64,000 nt of DNA from Mobula hypostoma (GCF_963921235.1 NC_086097.1:29886001-29950000); one strand, 5' to 3'. Counted from the stretch's first letter, positions 14,240 to 27,789 are shown. Made by a program: numbers and translations. The notes: generated by a model not told the origin, from the letters alone.

Positions 14240-15341
14240 AGGTTTGATTTCAACTTTGAAGAGAAGTTTGGTTGAGTACATGGATGGGAGGGGTATGGAG
14301 GGCTATGGTCCAGGTGACTAGGCAGAATAACAACGTGGCTTGGGCTAGGTGGGCCACAGTTCCTGTTTCTGTGCTGTAGTGCTCCATGTCTCTACGATCT
14401 ACATACCCATTCCCCACCTCCCAACTCGCCTCCCCACCAGAATGTCACAGTCTGTGCAACAACAGTGCATGCACGTCTGTGCAGCAGAGAATTCAGGAAG
14501 ATAGGTGTCCCTGGTGGGACAGGGCAGAGCAAGGGACTAGGCTGAAGCTGAGATATTGTGTGCCTCTCCAGGTAGATATCCCTAATCCTTACCTGAACTC
14601 AGCATAATCAAGGACCCCTCCCACCCACTAACACTCTCTCTTTCCCCCTCCTGTCGAGTGGGAGATACAGAGCACACATACCACCAGGCTCAGGGACAGC
14701 TTCTATTCCACTGTTTTAAGGTGAATTATTGATCTCCGTGTCTGTCTTCTTTGACCCTGTACTACACTTAGTGTACCATGCTATATTCTGCATCCTGTTA
14801 TTGTTTTCCCTTTGCTTGATGCACTGATGTATGGAGTGATTTGTATGGGTGGTATGCAAACAGAAGCTTTCCTCTGTATCTCAGTACGTGTGACAATAAT
14901 AAACCAACAACCAATTACCAATTGCAGCATGGTAGCTTAGCATCATTGCTTTACATACCAGCAGTCCCAGATGGGGTTTTGATTCCCATCACTCTCTGTA
15001 AGGAGTTTGTACCTTCCCCCCTTAACCACATGGGTTTCCTCCAGATGCTCTGGTTTCCTCCCACATTCCAAAGACATATGGGTTTAGGACTAGCAAGATA
15101 TGGGAATGTTCTGTTGGTGCTGGAAGTGTGGTGACACTTGTGAGTTGCCCTCAGCATAACCCTCGCTGATTTACTTTGACGCAAACAACGCATTTCACTG
15201 TAAGTTTCAAGGAGCATGTGACAAATAAAGCTAACCTTTCTTTCTAATTACACCCAGTGAGTCTATTTGGAAAACGATATTTCTCTGTTTTGGTGCCACT
15301 TTGTGTAACTTTAATTCAGACTATGTTTAATTCTTTATCAG

Positions 15342-15400
15342 TTACATAAATCTGGAGGATTTGGCGCTGGAATCAGTGATCAAGAACTCACCGGGTAACA
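15342..15400 (+). CDS. Internal coding exon C (YINLEDLALESVIKNSPGN)
   Basis: Acceptor ttctttatcag, donor A|gtaagt; 59 nt, phase 2 to 1; not in the ORF track. Confidence 0.75.
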
Positions 15401-17200
15401 GTAAGTGGCATTAGTGTTTGGGCCTCAGAGATTCTTGTAGAACAGAGAGACCTGGATTACAGGCACATGGTTCCCCTAAAGTGGGAACACAGGTGGCATT
15501 TGGCATTTAATACCTCAGCAACAGGCTCCAAGGCAGTTTCTTCCACCAGGCCATCAGACTGATTAATTCACGCTGACACTATTGTATTTCTATGCTATAT
15601 TGACTGTCCTGTTGTACATACTATACAAATTGTAACAATAAACACAGAATGAAAGTCAGTAGCTCATTATTAATAAACTGCCGACGAACGTAAAGAATTT
15701 TACACCTCATGTATGTGAAGGATTTAAGAAATAAAGTCAATTCAATTCAATGATCTTCAGCCAACCAGGACATTGGGCATTGTTGTAACTGTGCAAGCAT
15801 TGGTGAGAGACCACACTTGGAGTATTGTGTACAGTTCTGCTTGCCAAGCTATAGGAGGAATGTCATCATGTTGGAAAGGGTGCATGAGAGATTTACATGG
15901 GTTGCACCAAGACTGACAGGGCTTGAGCTTTGAGGAGAGGCTAGGACTGAAGGAGGCTGAGGGTGACATTATAGAGGTTTATAAAATCATGAGGGTCATA
16001 GATAAGGTGGATGGTCACAGTCTTTATCCCAGGGTAGGAGAGTCCAAAACTAGAGGGAACAAATCTGAATCAGGTTTATTATCACTGAAATTAATTATAG
16101 CAGTAGTACACTGTATTGGGGTAAAAATAATAGAATAAAAATTACTATGTGTTTATTTATTTATTCAGTGACACAGCACTAACCAGACCGTTCTGGCCGT
16201 ACTCCCCATCAACCCATCTATTTCACCCTAGCCTAATCACAGAACAACTTACAATGAACAATTAACCTGCTAACTGGTACATCTTTGCACTGTGGGAGGA
16301 AACCGGAGCACCCGGAGGAAACCCATGCAGTCACAAGGAGAATGTACATCCTTACAGTTGGTGCCAGAATTGAACTCTCAACTCTCAACTCACTTAGTAC
16401 TGTGCTAACCACTACGTTACCATGACGCCCAGTTACAATGGGAAATAGATGAAAGAAGTTAATAAAATATGGTGCAAAAAGAGAGAAGAGTAGTGAGATA
16501 GTGTTCACGGGTTCATGGACCATTCGCAAATCTGACGGCAGAGGGGTAGAAGCTTTTTCTAAAATGTTGAATCTGCATCTTTGGGCTCCGATTCCTCCTT
16601 TCTGATCGTAATAATGAGAAGAGGACACGTATAGGATGGTGAGGGTCCTTAATGATGGATGTCACCTTCTTGAAGCATCACCTTTTGAAGATCTCCTCAG
16701 TGATGGGGAGGGTTGTGCCCATGATGGAGCTGGGTGAGTCTACAACCCTCAGCAGCTTTTATCAGTCCTATGCTGTGGTGCCTCCTACCAGACGGTGATG
16801 CAGTTACTCAGAATACTTTCCACAGTACATCTATAAAAATTTACTAGAGTCTTTGATAACATAACAAATCTTCCTGAACTCCTAATGAAGTATAGTCACT
16901 GACGTACCTTTTTCACGATTGTATCTATGTGTTGGGCCCAGGACAGATCCTCTGAGATGTTGATACCCAGGAACTTGAAGGTGCTCACCCTTTCCACTGA
17001 GAAGAGAATCTTTAAAAACTGAAATACAGCGTGGAATAGGCCCTTCTGACCCTTCAAGCTGGCCACCCAGCAATCCCCCGATTTAATCTGAGCCCAAACA
17101 TGGGACAATTTACCATGACCAATTAACCTACCAACCGGCATGTCGTTGGACTCTGGGAGGAAACCAGAGCATCCAGAGGTAACCCACACAGTCTTGGGGA

Positions 17201-18046
17201 TGTTACGTACCCCGTAACTGGGTTGCCAAACCAGCAGAAATGGACCACTTAGTTGGAGTCTGGATTACTGGAACTAAGAAAGTTTTATTAAAGAAATAAG
17301 TAACACAGTACTCTAAACACAAGGATATAAATGCAACAGGTTAGCAATGATAAAACACGCATGTACACAGAACTAGGATAATATTAATAGGATAATAGTC
17401 TAGGGGTAAAATGATCAGTCTCAAGTGACACAGAGTTCAGTTCAGTTTAGTTCAGTTCGCAGTAATCGCTGTTGTACCGTGGGGGGGGGGGGGAGAGAGA
17501 GAGAGAGAGCGAGCGAATGATGATATTCAAATCGGATTCAAACAGACCTTTGATATACCTCACAGTTTGCTTTCGGGCAAGCTCTTTGTAATGTGTTCTG
17601 AGGTCCCCTCCGTTCTGGATACGATCGTTCTTCTGCAGTGAACCCGGCACCCAGGCAAGGGCGGACACACACACCAGGTTCCCGCCGATCGTACCTTTTC
17701 ATCCTGTGCGTCTATGGTCGGTCCCGTGACCAGACCTCCAAAACTCCCACCAACTTGGGGGGGGGCACACTGCACTTCCAGGGTCTCGTTACCTCGTGGT
17801 GTTGTGGTGTGTCGCTTGCCTTAGCGAACCTGTTCCTCTTATTCCCCCTGCTGGGGTATCGCCTGTCCATCAAACTTCAAACAGTTCAGGTTCAAAGCAA
17901 CCGGTCTGTCAATACTCAGAACTGTGTCTCTTTTCGTTAATCTCTCTCATCTCTCCCTTATTAGCATTTTGAATATTTCCCCCATTTGTCTCTCTCTCAT
18001 CTCTCTTATCGGCATCAATCTTCTGATAACTTGGTCTGTTGTCACA
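17201..18046. mobile_element. Solo LTR (846 bp) inserted into a SINE
   Basis: Ends TGTTACG...GTCACA; 4 bp TSD GGGA at 17197-17200 and 18047-18050; removing it restores the SINE motif gtc..ggggagaacg. Confidence 0.85.
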
Positions 18047-18809
18047 GGGAGAACGTTCAAACTTCTTACAGGCAGCAGTGGGAATTGAACCTGATCACCT
18101 GTACTGTAAAGCATTGTGCTAACGGAGATTAAAGGGGATTTAAGGAGGAACATTTCCATAGAAGGGTGGCGGGTATATGGAAGGAGCTGCCAGAGAAGTG
18201 GTAGGGGATAAAATTGCAATGTTTTAAAGACATTCGGATAAGTACATGGATAGGAAAGGTTTAGGGAGATATGGGCCCAATACAAGGAATTGGGGCTTGT
18301 TGAATAAACATTTTGGTTGGTGTGGATGGGTAGAGCTAAAGGGCCTATTGCTGTACTGTATGACTCTGGAAGTATGTTCAATTTAAATTATGCTCTATTC
18401 AGAATGGGAGGAATTAGATGTAAAATGCTAGGGACTCTAAATTCAAGATGAATTTGCCTATAAATTTCCCTCTTGCAGTTGTGAATTTTTAGCATTCTCT
18501 ATTCCAGGCATACAGGAGAGTAAGCATTATGAATGATGAACAGGAACAGGAGGTGATATGGGTCACACGAGTGTAATTGGGCAGCGCGGGCTTGTTGGGC
18601 CAGAAGGGCCTGTTACCAAGCCTGTCCTGGGGCCTGGGGTTGGAGGACTGTGTGTGTGTGTGTGTGTGAGGGGGGGGGAAGAGAGAAGGGATCTTGTTTT
18701 GCTACTGTTGTTGTGTTGCTTGTTGTGTAATGTGTTGTTCTGCTGAGCATTGTGAACATGATATATTGGCGCTGGAATGTGTGGTGACATTTGTGGGCTG
18801 CCCTCAGCC

Positions 18810-20095
18810 AACAATGCCACTAATTTTCTTACAGCTGTGCAGCCTAACCATTGCTCTAAGAGGAAATTTTTACATGGCCTGAAATCTGTGCAGTCCTTTA
18901 AATGTTTTTTTCTGTAATATGCTTATTACAAATATTTGGAATGAAAGTTAAAAGATCACATACTTTTGATTTTATTTATTGAAGGGTATAATGGAATACA
19001 GTACAACAAAGACAATCATTTACATTCAGTGATGGTCTTTAGTGGGTTGGCGGTTAATAATGAGGTACTGACTTCCATTCTGTGTTTATTGTTACAATTT
19101 GTATCAGTGTTGAAACTTAAAACACTGACCACGTACAGTAAATATGTTGAAGCTTTAAAATGTTTCAAAGTAAAGGTTGTGGTATGTTTATTATTTAGAA
19201 ATTTTATGGATTATATTCATGAACTCATAATTAATTAAAGGATATTTCACAATTATGTTACCATAGATTTCAAAATTAAGTTGGCATTATTTCAAAGTTA
19301 TATGAACATAATTTCAAAGTCCAAAGTAAATTTACTATCAAAGTACATATATGTCACCATATAGAACCCTGGGATTCATTTTCTGTGGGCATACTCAATA
19401 AATCCATAATAGAATAATAACCATAATAGAATCAATGAAAGACTGCACCAACTTGGGTGTTCAATCATTGTGCAAAAGACACAAACTCTGCAAAAACAAA
19501 AAGAAAAAAAAATAAAATTAAAAATAAATAAATAAATAAATAATAAATATAGAGAACATGAGATGAAGAGTTCTTGAAAGTGAGTCCATAGATTCTGGGG
19601 ACATTTCAATAATGAAGCAAGTGAAATTGAGCGAAGTTATCCCTTTCCATTCAAGATCCTGATGGTTTAGGGGGATTAACTGTTCCTGAACCTGGGGCTC
19701 CTGTACCTTCTTCCTGATGGCAGCAGCGGGAAGAGAGCATGACCTGGATGATGAGAGTCCCTGATCATGGATGTTGCTTCCCTGCAACAATGCTTCATGT
19801 AGATGTGCTTAGGGATGGGGAGGGCTCTGTCCATAATGGAATGGGCCGTATCCAGTACTGTTTATAGGATTTTCCGTTCAAGGGCATTAGCAATTACATA
19901 CCGGGCTGTGATGCAGCCAGCCAATATACTGTCCACTGCACATCTATACACATCTATTATTAATATGATTTCAAAATTGTATTATAAATGAAAATTTCAG
20001 TTGCTCAGCAACAAAGGCTATGTGTATGGGAGCATTTCAGTAACTGTGCAGCCGTGCACCTGTACAGCTTTGAGGAAACCGTGCCCTCCACACAA
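18810..20095. mobile_element. Possible old non-autonomous DNA element, interrupted by a LINE 3' fragment
   Basis: Related subterminal motifs (ctgtgcagcc) at ~18835 and ~20045 around an AT-rich body; termini degenerate. Confidence 0.3.
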
Positions 20096-20175
20096 CCTTC
20101 GGTTAATGATAATGATGTATTCCTATGCACATGTGATAAATAAATCTGAATCTTCTATGTGTTTTCCCTTGGCAG

Positions 20176-20270
20176 TGGACATGTTATACAGTCACCAAAC
20201 TCAGCAACTAGTTCAGGACACACCATCTAAATCTGTGCCATTGTCTCCTGCTACTTTTGAACAGGATCAG
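20176..20270 (+). CDS. Internal coding exon D (MDMLYSHQTQQLVQDTPSKSVPLSPATFEQDQ)
   Basis: Acceptor ttttcccttggcag, donor CAG|gtaatg; 95 nt, phase 1 to 0. Confidence 0.75.
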
Positions 20271-20482
20271 GTAATGCTTCCTCACTGGGTGACTAGGAAG
20301 ATGGGAGAGCAGCCTCAAGCTAGGCCTGGATTAGGCATAGACCCATAGTGTCATACAGCATGGGAGTAAGCTCTTCAGCCCAACTGGTCCATGCCAACCA
20401 TGATACTTTATACTTTATTGTCGCCAAACTTCCTATCTAAGTTAATCCTATTTGCTCACATTTGGCCCATCTCCCTCTAAAC

Positions 20483-20695
20483 CAGAGGTTCCCATCCTTT
20501 TTTATGTCATGGACTCCTACCATTACACAGGATACAGGAAGGGGAAAAAGGCAGGAGATTGGGGCTGAGGGGAAAATTGATCAGCCTTGATGAAATAGAA
20601 GAGCAGACTCGCTGGGCCAAGTGGCCTAAATCTGCTCCTATGTCTTATGGTCTTATTAACCGAGGCGTCCATGGATCCTAGCTTGGGAACCCCTG
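20483..20695. mobile_element. hAT-type MITE interrupted by a CR1 3' tail (~20528-20655); a shorter relative lies at 7328-7384
   Basis: Perfect 8 bp TSD CTCTAAAC (20475-20482, 20696-20703); TIRs cagaggttccca / tgggaacccctg. Confidence 0.85.
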
Positions 20696-20951
20696 CTCTA
20701 AACTTTTCCTATCCCGAGTAACTTTAAAGTATGTTTAAAACCAATTCCTTGGAGCTCATTCCATATAATCACAAAATTCTGGAGGAACTCAGTGGGTCAG
20801 GCAGCTTCTAATGGTTATGAGGTGAAAGCAGGAGAATGGGGTTGAGGGGGATAAGACATCAGCCATGATGGAATGGTGGAGCAGACATGATGAGCCAAAT
20901 AGCCCGATTCCACTCCTATGTCTCATGGTCTTATGGGAGGCCATTTGACTA

Positions 20952-21104
20952 CAGGTCCACCTTCACTAATCCGGCACCACTGGGACCTGAGGAGTGCCGG
21001 ATTAGTGAGAACGCCGAATTCGGAAGGATCACATTAAGCATAATCAGTGCCGGATTATTGAAGGAACCGGATTACAGGTAGTCGGATTAGTGAAGGTCGA
21101 CCTG
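20952..21104. mobile_element. 153 bp Tc1/mariner-pogo-type MITE
   Basis: TA on both sides; 22 bp TIR caggtcNaccttcactaatccg with 1 mismatch; internal repeats of cggatta. Confidence 0.85.
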
Positions 21105-21854
21105 TACTTGGATTTGTTACAAGGGAACAAGTGGACTTCACTTAGTCCATCAAGTAACACTGAAGGACAACCTTGAAACGTATATAGGAGTATAAGAAAG
21201 CTGTAAACTCCTTGGCCCATAAATAGAGCAAAAGCAAGCCATTTAACTCCCTCAGACTGATACAAAGGAACTGAAAAAAAGCCTTTTAGCCCCCCTCATC
21301 TAGATCACCAATGAGCCTTATCATCATTGATCCATCCACAAATTTACATAAAACACAGGAGGCCCAGTACTAACACCTTAAAACTCTTAACCATGTTGTG
21401 TCTACAATTTATTCGCAAAATGATTTGTACCTCTCAAGGTAAATAAAGGAAATATTAACAGCTTAAATGTAGAACTCAAATATTGAATGTTTTAACTTAG
21501 ATTACAAAGAGTGCTGGAACATCATACATTTTTCACTTGGCTGCACTTGAAGCAAGCATTCAGAGCACTGACATCACAGAGTGTTTATCTTACTTAAAAC
21601 ACTTCATTACAGTGTGGTGTTTCTGAAGTAAAAATGTTTCATGGGAATCCTGTTGCCTGACAGAAATGGAAATTCACCACCCATTTAATCACAGTCATAT
21701 CCTTGACCTTCTGACAGCGTATAATTAACAAATCCTTCCCTTGTCAGGAAGCAGCCTGATGATTTATCTCTGACAGCGGTTGAAAGCACAGAGCAACTCA
21801 GTGACAATTTTCTGTTTCCAGCATTAAGGGACACTCCTTGAACATTTACCTTCA

Positions 21855-22505
21855 TAGAGGTAGATAAGATTATAAAGAGCTTTTGGCATGTTGGCCCTAA
21901 ATCAGGGCATTGAATACAGGGGTTGGGATGTTACACTGAAGTTGTACAAGATGTAGGAGAAGGCTAATTCGGAGTATTGTGTACAGTTCTGGCTGACTAC
22001 CTACGAGAACGTCATCAATAAGCTTGAAAGAGTGCAGAGAAAATTTACAAGAATGTCGAGGACTTGAGGACCTGAGTTATAGGGAAAGGTTGAATAGGTT
22101 AGAAGTTTATTCCTAGACCGCAGAAGAATGAGGAGAGATCTTATAGAGGTATATAAAATTTTGAGGGGTATAGCGAGGATGAATGCATGCAGGCTTTGTT
22201 CACTGAGGCTGGGTGAGACTAGAGCTAGAAGTTACAGGTTTAGGGTAAAAGATTAAATATTTAAAGGGAGCCTGAGGGAGAATTTCTTCACTCAGAGGGT
22301 GGTGAGAGTGTGGAATGAGCTACAAGTGGAAGTGGTAGATGCAGGTTCAATTGTAACATTGAAGAGAAGTTTAGATACGTACATGGATGGGAAGGGTACG
22401 GAGAGTTATGGTCCAGGTGCAGGTTGATGGTACTAGCCTGAAGATCATGTTGGCATGGACTAGATAAGCCAAAGGGTCCGTTCCTGTGCTGTAGTACTCT
22501 GTGAC
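21855..22505 (+). mobile_element. CR1 LINE 3' fragment, decayed
   Basis: ggagtattgtgtacagttctgg, ttcactcagagggtggtgagagtgtggaatgagct and CR1 3' UTR. Confidence 0.8.
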
Positions 22506-24114
22506 TCCGAGCGCTCTCTTCAAACACAGTCATACAGCATAGGAACATGCCCTTCAGCCCAGCTGGTCCATGCCAACCATTTCAGCTTGTCCACATTTGG
22601 TCACCATCTCTCTAAACCTTTCCTCCATCTAGATCTGTCCAAGTACCTTTTAAATCTTGTCTTCAGTGAACCAACTAGGTTAATGGAGGATTTAGAGAGA
22701 GCTTTATTTTTGTGATGGTGGGGAAATAGGTGCATTTTTGTGTACAGGGAGTTGTTGGGGTGCAAGTACATAGCTCCCTGAAATTGGCAAAGCAAGCGTG
22801 GAGAGGAACTTGCCATCATTAGGCAGGGTGTGAGTATATAAACTGGGAAGTCACATAGCAGCTGGGTGAGGTATTAAAGGGTATGGGAGCGAAGGGAGAG
22901 TGGGATCAGACTGGGAGGGCTATTAAAGGGAGTGGGGAGTGAGTTATGTCGATAGACTTGTCTCAGTAGGCTGATAGATGGTTAACAGTTGTTGATTCAA
23001 GGCTCTGGAGATGAGACTTCAGGATCAAAAGAGATACAGCATGGACACAGGCCTTTCAGCCCACCGAGTGTGTACTGACCCTCGACCATCCGTTTACACC
23101 ACTCCTAATCCTGTTTCATTCTCCCACATTCCCTTCAGCTGCACTATCCCCACTCCCTGCCAGATTCTGCCGTTTCCGACACACCGGGGGAAATTTCCTG
23201 CAGACCATTAACTCCCCCAACTTACACGTCTTTGGGATGCAGGAAGCCCAGAATGTCACACTGCAGGGAGTAGCGGACTCTGCCCGATAAATCATGGGCA
23301 CATCCCTCTCCACCATCGGGAACATCTACAGCAGACATTGCCTCAAGAAGGCAACGTTGATCAGCAAAGATCCCCACCGTCCAGCTCCTACCATCTTCTC
23401 ACAGCTACTGTTGGGCAGGAGGTAGGGAAGCTTGAAGTCCCACAGTACCTGGTTCAGGAACAGCTACTCCCATTCACCCATTTGGCACAATCCTAATCAT
23501 TACAGTTTATCAACACTAATCTGCGTAAGGGGTGAAAAGTGAAATATTTAAGGGGAACATGAAGGGAGAACTTCTTCGCTCTTGAGTGTGGAACGAGCTG
23601 CCAATGAAAGTGCTGGATGTGGGTTTGATTTCAATACTTAAGAGCTGTTTGGATAAGTACGTGGAAGGGAGGGGTATGAAGGGCTATAGTCTGGGTGAAA
23701 GTCAATGGGACTAGGCAGAATAATAGTTTGGCATGGACTAGTTTGGCCTGTCTCTGTGCTGCAGTGCTCCATGACACTATGACCACTTTCCACTAAAATG
23801 GACTTTTTTTTGGTTGTAATCGTATTCCTCTTGTAAATATGGTGTATAATTTAAGTTGAACTTTGCTTTTTCTTGTCGTTGTTTATCTGATGCTATGTGC
23901 CTGTTATGCAACTCCAAGTTTTTTCTTTGCACCATAATCGTAAGTTTGACCTCAACTTTGATAGCACCTAATGTCAGGATTGAACCTGCGTCACTGGCAG
24001 TGTGACGCTGGCTTCTCTGTTGCCTGCACCTCCATGTAACCAAGACTTACATCTCAAAGGCCAGAGCTGATGGCTCCCTTGATGGTGATATCCTCTGCTG
24101 TGCTCACCCCTCAG

Positions 24115-24332
24115 ATGCCTCTGCTGAATCGGAGAGTGCTTGAACTGTCAAAGGTGGTGGACGAAGGGCTGCGTGAAGCCGGGCGCCAAGTCCAGGAGTG
24201 TGATCTGTGGAAACCACTGGATCTGGTGCTGGTGAAGGACCGGCTGGGACATATCCAAGAGATGATGGAAGAGGTGGAAGAGAATATTTTGCAAATCGAG
24301 TTAGGGCGGCAGTCCTATAGTTGGGAAGACAG
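24115..24332 (+). CDS. Internal coding exon E, helical (MPLLNRRVLELSKVVDEGLRE...EVEENILQIELGRQSYSWED)
   Basis: Acceptor tgctcacccctcag, donor AG|gtcagt; 218 nt, phase 0 to 2; coding-like composition. Confidence 0.85.
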
Positions 24333-25001
24333 GTCAGTCAAGCTTAGTGAAGCTCTCAAAGGAATCAGAATTAGGTTTATTGTCACTGACGGATGTCATG
24401 AAATGTGATTTGCGACAGCAGAACAGTTTAGTACATAAAATAGATTATAAATTACAAAAAGAAATGTACTGTGTGTATATACTTGTATGTATATAGATAG
24501 ATAAACAGACCAGCTGACAGACAGACTGACAGATCCTTCATCAGGTCTGGAAAGAAAGCGGGCCAGAAGCCAAAAGATAGCAATGCAATCTGACGTAATG
24601 CAGAAGGAAATTAATTAACCTAAATCCTGATGAAGGGTATCGGGCCAAAATGTCCACTGTTTATTCCTTGGCATAGATGCTGCTTGACCTGCTGAGTTCC
24701 TTTATGTGTTTGCTCTGGCTTTCCAGCATCTGCAGAATCTCATGTGTTTATGAAGTTGTGGACTGCCTAGAGTAATCCTCACATTTGATTTGATTTGATG
24801 CCAACGACACTGTATGTTTCTAAGAACAAGTGACAAGTAAACCTAATCTTTAAATCTTTATCTCAATTAAACAAATTCATTTCCCTGATGCTTTGGTTCC
24901 AAGTCTCCAGGCTATTATCTTGGCACTCATTTGGGCCACAGTGGTGATTATGCCTCAACACTGTATGTTGAAAGCTGCCCATCCACTTTCTTCGTGTTTA
25001 G

Positions 25002-25131
25002 GAACCTGGCCAAGGCCTCGGGTGAAGGTACTGCTCTGGAGCTGCACCTGATCCAGCAGAAGGTGGTATTATTGCAGCTGAAACAGCGGTTCTGTCAGGC
25101 GAAAACACAGCTCCGTGTGAACGGCCTCCAG
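25002..25131 (+). CDS. Internal coding exon F, helical (RNLAKASGEGTALELHLIQQKVVLLQLKQRFCQAKTQLRVNGLQ)
   Basis: Acceptor ctttcttcgtgtttag, donor CAG|gtattc; 130 nt, phase 2 to 0. Confidence 0.85.
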
Positions 25132-25654
25132 GTATTCTTCCTCTTACTTCCTCACGGGGACTGGTGGCAGAGGGCAGTAGGAGGAAGATTCCCATCTATT
25201 CTTGGAATCGAAGTCCACTCCAGCAAAGACCATTCATTGGCTTGTTTTCCACTCTTGGGCTTGGGCCCTGCCACCTCAATTCAGCCCACACACACCACAC
25301 TGCACCTTTGAGACTTCTGTTCACACTGTAAAAATCCCAGATTGTATAGGCAGTTCACAAGCTCAACTCCAAAAGGGAAGTTATAGGGTATTGATTGCAG
25401 TGATCATTACTGGGGAAAGTGTGATTAATAGATCAGTTAGTAGTTTTGTTTGCTGCCAGCAAGTGGTCACTGTGTTTCACCAGCGCCAATTTAAATCAAA
25501 AGAATTACCCTGAACAATCAGAATCCCTCATTGTTCCTTGTGATGGATTCATAGTATAGACTTTTTAGCCCACAATGACCTTTTAATCTACTCCAATATC
25601 AATCAAACACTTCCCTTCCACATAACCCACCATTTTCCTTTCATCCATGCACCT

Positions 25655-27001
25655 CTTTCAATATTTTTAATAATATTAGATAAATTGCATGAATACAAAT
25701 ACAAAATTCATAGGAACACAAGTAAGTAATATGAATTACATTATGTTTAAATCACAGTAATATGATCACAGTATCCTATATTCCAAATCAATCATGTAGA
25801 AAAAAAAGATTGAATTATGAAATGAAATAAAATAAGATAATTTTATTTTATTTAAAAAAAAATCTACCCCCACTACCAAAATGAGCTGGTTGGTAAAAAA
25901 AAGAGAAGAAAAAAAATATCTTACCATATAATAATGGCTCAGATCCATACTTTAATAACAGTTCAAAGATTATGAAAATAACTCAGAAAGGATCCCCATA
26001 ACATTATAAAATCATGTTTAGAATCAGAATTCCAACAACAAATCTTCTCTAGATCAAGGCATAACATAACATCAGATAGCCATTGAACATGAGTGGGGGG
26101 GGGGCGGCCTCCTTCCACTTGAGCAAGGTCACCCTCCTGGCCATAAGAGACATAAAGGCCAATACCCGCAAATTAGGTGGCTTCAATTTTGTAGCACTAT
26201 CCTCAACAATACCGAAGATGGCAGTCAAGGGATTAGGCTTAAAACTAACATTTGAAAAGTACAGAAAAAGTTTGAATCTTGCTTTCTTTATCTTTAAATA
26301 AACTAACTGACAATGTGGTGGTCAAACATACTGTGAGGATTTGGTTACAGTTTAGAAAATATTTCGGTTTATTGAGATTCTCCCTCTCGAGTCCCATCTT
26401 TTCTAATTGTTTCTTTAAACCATCTATAATTGACTTATCTTTTAAAGAATGGGATAGATTGGGTATTAAACGATTTCAGGATTTGTTTGATGGAGGGAAT
26501 CTCTCTTCTTTTGTGCAACTTTCAACGAAATTTAACCTTTCCAATACCCACTTGTTTCGTTACTTACAGATTAGAGATTTTTTAAGATCTCAATTACATA
26601 CATTTCCTACAAGTCCAGACAAGAATATAATAGATACAATTTTTAATCTGAAACCCTTTGACAATGGTTCAATATCTTACATTTACGGTCTGCTGTTGGG
26701 ACTGAAAAAGGCTTCTTTAGTTAAAATTAAAGGAGACTGGGAAAAGGATTTACAGATTTTTATATCTGAAGAAAGCTGGAAGATTATTTTAAAATTGATT
26801 AATTCTTCATCATATGGGCTCGTCATTCTTTATTACAATTCAAAGTGGTACATAGGGTTCATATGTCTAAAGACAAGCTCTCTCGTTTCTACACAGATAT
26901 TTCCCCTTACTGTGATAGATGTACTAATGGAGTGGCCACACTAATTCATATGTTTTGGACATGTCCGAGCCTTGAAAAATTTTGGGAAGATGTATTCAGC
27001 A
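25655..27001 (-). mobile_element. L1-clade LINE, 5'-truncated and 5'-inverted: 3' part on the - strand (25655-~26256), inverted 5' part on the + strand (~26257-27001)
   Basis: + part encodes ORF2 C-terminus up to CDRC..ATLIHMFWTCPSLEKFW; - part continues (PNPLTAIFG..MARRVTLLKWKEAAPPTHVQWL) into the 3' UTR; flanking ATGCACCT at 25647-25654 and 27002-27009. Confidence 0.8.
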
Positions 27002-27613
27002 ATGCACCTAAATGCTCTACCACCACCCCCAGCAGAGCATTCCACACAGCCGCCACTCTCTGTCACCTACCTCTGACACCCCCTCATACTTTACTTCAAT
27101 CACCTTAAAATAATGCCCCCTCATATTAGCCATTTCCACCCTGGGAAAAAGTCTCTGGCTATCAATAATATCTTTACCTCTTTTCATCTTGTATCCCTTT
27201 ATCAAGTCATCTCTCCTCTTCCTTTGCTCCAGGGAAAAATGCCATAACTCATTCAATCTTCTCTCATGAGACATGCTATAATCCAGGCAGTGTCTTGGTA
27301 AATATCCTCTGAGCTCTCTCTAAAGTTTCCACATCCTTCATGTAATGAGGACAACCAGAACTGAACACAATACTCCAAGTGTGGTCTAACTAGAATTTTA
27401 TAGAGCTGCAGCATTACTTTGTGGCTTTTGATCTTAATCCCTTGACTAATAAAGGCCAAAACACTTTATGCCTTCTAAACAACCCCATCAACTTCAATGG
27501 CAAGTAGCTAGAAAAAATTTGCTATAAAAAGTTGATACAAAAAATATGTTGTAAAGTGACAACATGTCAGTGTTGGCTGAGGGCCAGTTGATAAACTCTT
27601 TCATAATTCACAG

Positions 27614-27789
27614 GACCTGCTGCAGCAGGCAAAGAAACCCCTCTCACCCCTAGTCCCTTCATCAGCCCAGTTACTACAGGTGGAGGTGGACACGGACCCA
27701 CGAAAGCAGTGGGTCAGTCTGGACATGGATCCATCAGGGACCCCCATGGTAACGTGGTCTGTGTTACCAGTACTGGCTGAAGGAGATCG
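27614..27789 (+). CDS. Internal coding exon G, N-terminal part of PDZ-like domain (DLLQQAKKP...LLQVEVDTDPRKQWVSLDMDPSGTPMVTWSVLPVLAEGD)
   Basis: Acceptor cttttcataattcacag-like tract ending cag at 27611-27613, donor CG|gtaagt; 176 nt, phase 0 to 2; joining to exon H gives LAEGDRLIEING. Confidence 0.8.

Noticed and set aside
21110..21850. Apparently non-repetitive intronic stretch as a conserved regulatory element
   Set aside because: No pattern visible from sequence alone; a cross-species alignment would be needed.
27746..27754. Alternative donor ATG|gtaacg in exon G
   Set aside because: It is phase 0, which breaks the frame with exon H and removes the GD of the PDZ motif; the downstream gtaagt donor fits better.
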